A stretch of 63,986 bases of DNA, the filler included, from Octopus bimaculoides (lineage: Eukaryota): assembly GCF_001194135.2 (NCBI RefSeq). It is 4 parts of 4 records of this genome, joined end to end, with 100 filler letters (N's around TTAATTAATTAA, not from the genome) between each part and the next. Parts side by side here need not be neighbours in the genome. Positions count along the whole stretch, not along the records: positions 58,618 to 63,986 come from NW_026411382.1; 3 more parts are not named here. The stretch is one strand, 5' to 3'. This document shows positions 62,837-63,986 of this stretch, one piece after another (within the stretch, counting starts at the first letter, position 1; each line of letters starts with the position of its first letter). Position numbers and translations under genes: made by a program. The notes below the pieces were generated by a model. The model did not search any database, was not told the origin of the DNA, and saw only the letters and a program-made list of their open reading frames with translations.

Positions 62837-63915
62837 TGTTGTTTGGTGATCTAATGAGCGTACTTTCTTTATTTGCATTGATTTGTGAATATACAATTGT
62901 ATAATGCCGAGCAAGCATATTAATGCAAACAAGTAAGTATAATTTCTTCCATACTGAAATGAATACTACATGAAGATTGCGAAACGGCTGTAATCCTTAG
63001 AATGTCACGTAGTTAAATATATATTCCCCTCTCGTACTTCCTGGCTATTATGGTTTATGCGACTGACAGAAAAGCGTGGAGGGATATGATTTGAGGCGAT
63101 GTTAAAGATTTTTAGCTTGAGAAAGTTAAGCACTCAGAAATGAAAAGAAAATTTCGTGGAAATGAGATTAATATCAATGGCGTGGCGAGTGTTTCTCATG
63201 CTTTCTTTAAATGTTCTTTATGCACAAAAGTGAAAAGGGTGTAAAAATAGAAAAGAAAAGAAAGTGAAGAAAGAGTGAATGAAATGAGAAAAAGAGTGCT
63301 AGTTGGTTGTCAAGATAATGTGAGGGGAGGATAGGAGAAGGTGGTGGAGTGGTGGAAAGGAAGAGATGAGAAGTTAAGGAGTGAATAAGTGTGAGATATG
63401 AGAAGGGGTGATATGATAGGGCTGTATTAAGGGATGAGTAGAGAAAAGGTATGGTTGGGGTGATACCAAAGTAAGTAGTAGTTTTAGTAGTAAAATTTAA
63501 AATGAAGGGAAGAATACAAGGATGTCAAATTTCTATAAATAGATGTATGTGATAAGTTAGTGTGAAAGGTAGGAAAAAGAGGGGAGGAAATAAGGTATAG
63601 TGACATACGTACGCGCACACACACATACATATACATGTGCGCATATGCATACGTACATATTCACAAACACATATATATATATACGCACATACATACACAT
63701 ATGCATACACGTGCATGCTCCCGCGCATCCATAAATGTATTCATACACGCATATGCGTGCGCATGCATACACATGCATACGTATATACATACGCGCAGGC
63801 GTACATGCGCTTACACAGTCACACGCACGCGCGCATACAGTTACTCAATGTATACATATATACACATACACACTCATATATTTGTATATACATATAAACC
63901 TACATATACATACAT

Positions 63916-63986
<71 letters not shown>

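Overview
This is a 64-kb stretch of an AT-rich, gap-riddled eukaryotic draft assembly. Its SINE families and extreme microsatellite load suggest an octopus or another coleoid cephalopod (inference). Almost all ORFs in the supplied track are microsatellite or N-gap artefacts. The only firmly identified host gene is a + strand SLC16/monocarboxylate-transporter-family gene, with two internal exons (59186-59329 and 60855-62027). I could not find its first or last coding exons. A separate + strand exon (35378-35555) encodes the transmembrane segment and an ITIM-like tyrosine motif of an unidentified single-pass membrane protein. Features the ORF track does not reveal: an intronless, frameshifted TRMT10A-like retro-pseudogene, a decayed Ulp1/C48-like peptidase relic, and decayed pogo and mariner transposases. 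Retroelement relics include Penelope-like, CR1/Jockey-like, L1/Tx1-like, R4/Dong-like and HERO-like fragments, plus a Helentron/HINE-like element, several MITEs and dozens of tRNA-derived SINE copies, some as close inverted pairs. The most notable signal is about nine minimal type-I hammerhead-ribozyme-like motifs on both strands. Two bracket the Penelope relic, two sit in diverged direct repeats, and several share a non-canonical UACAUGA/CAUGA core. All calls were made by eye: no database search or folding program was run, and repeat boundaries are approximate.
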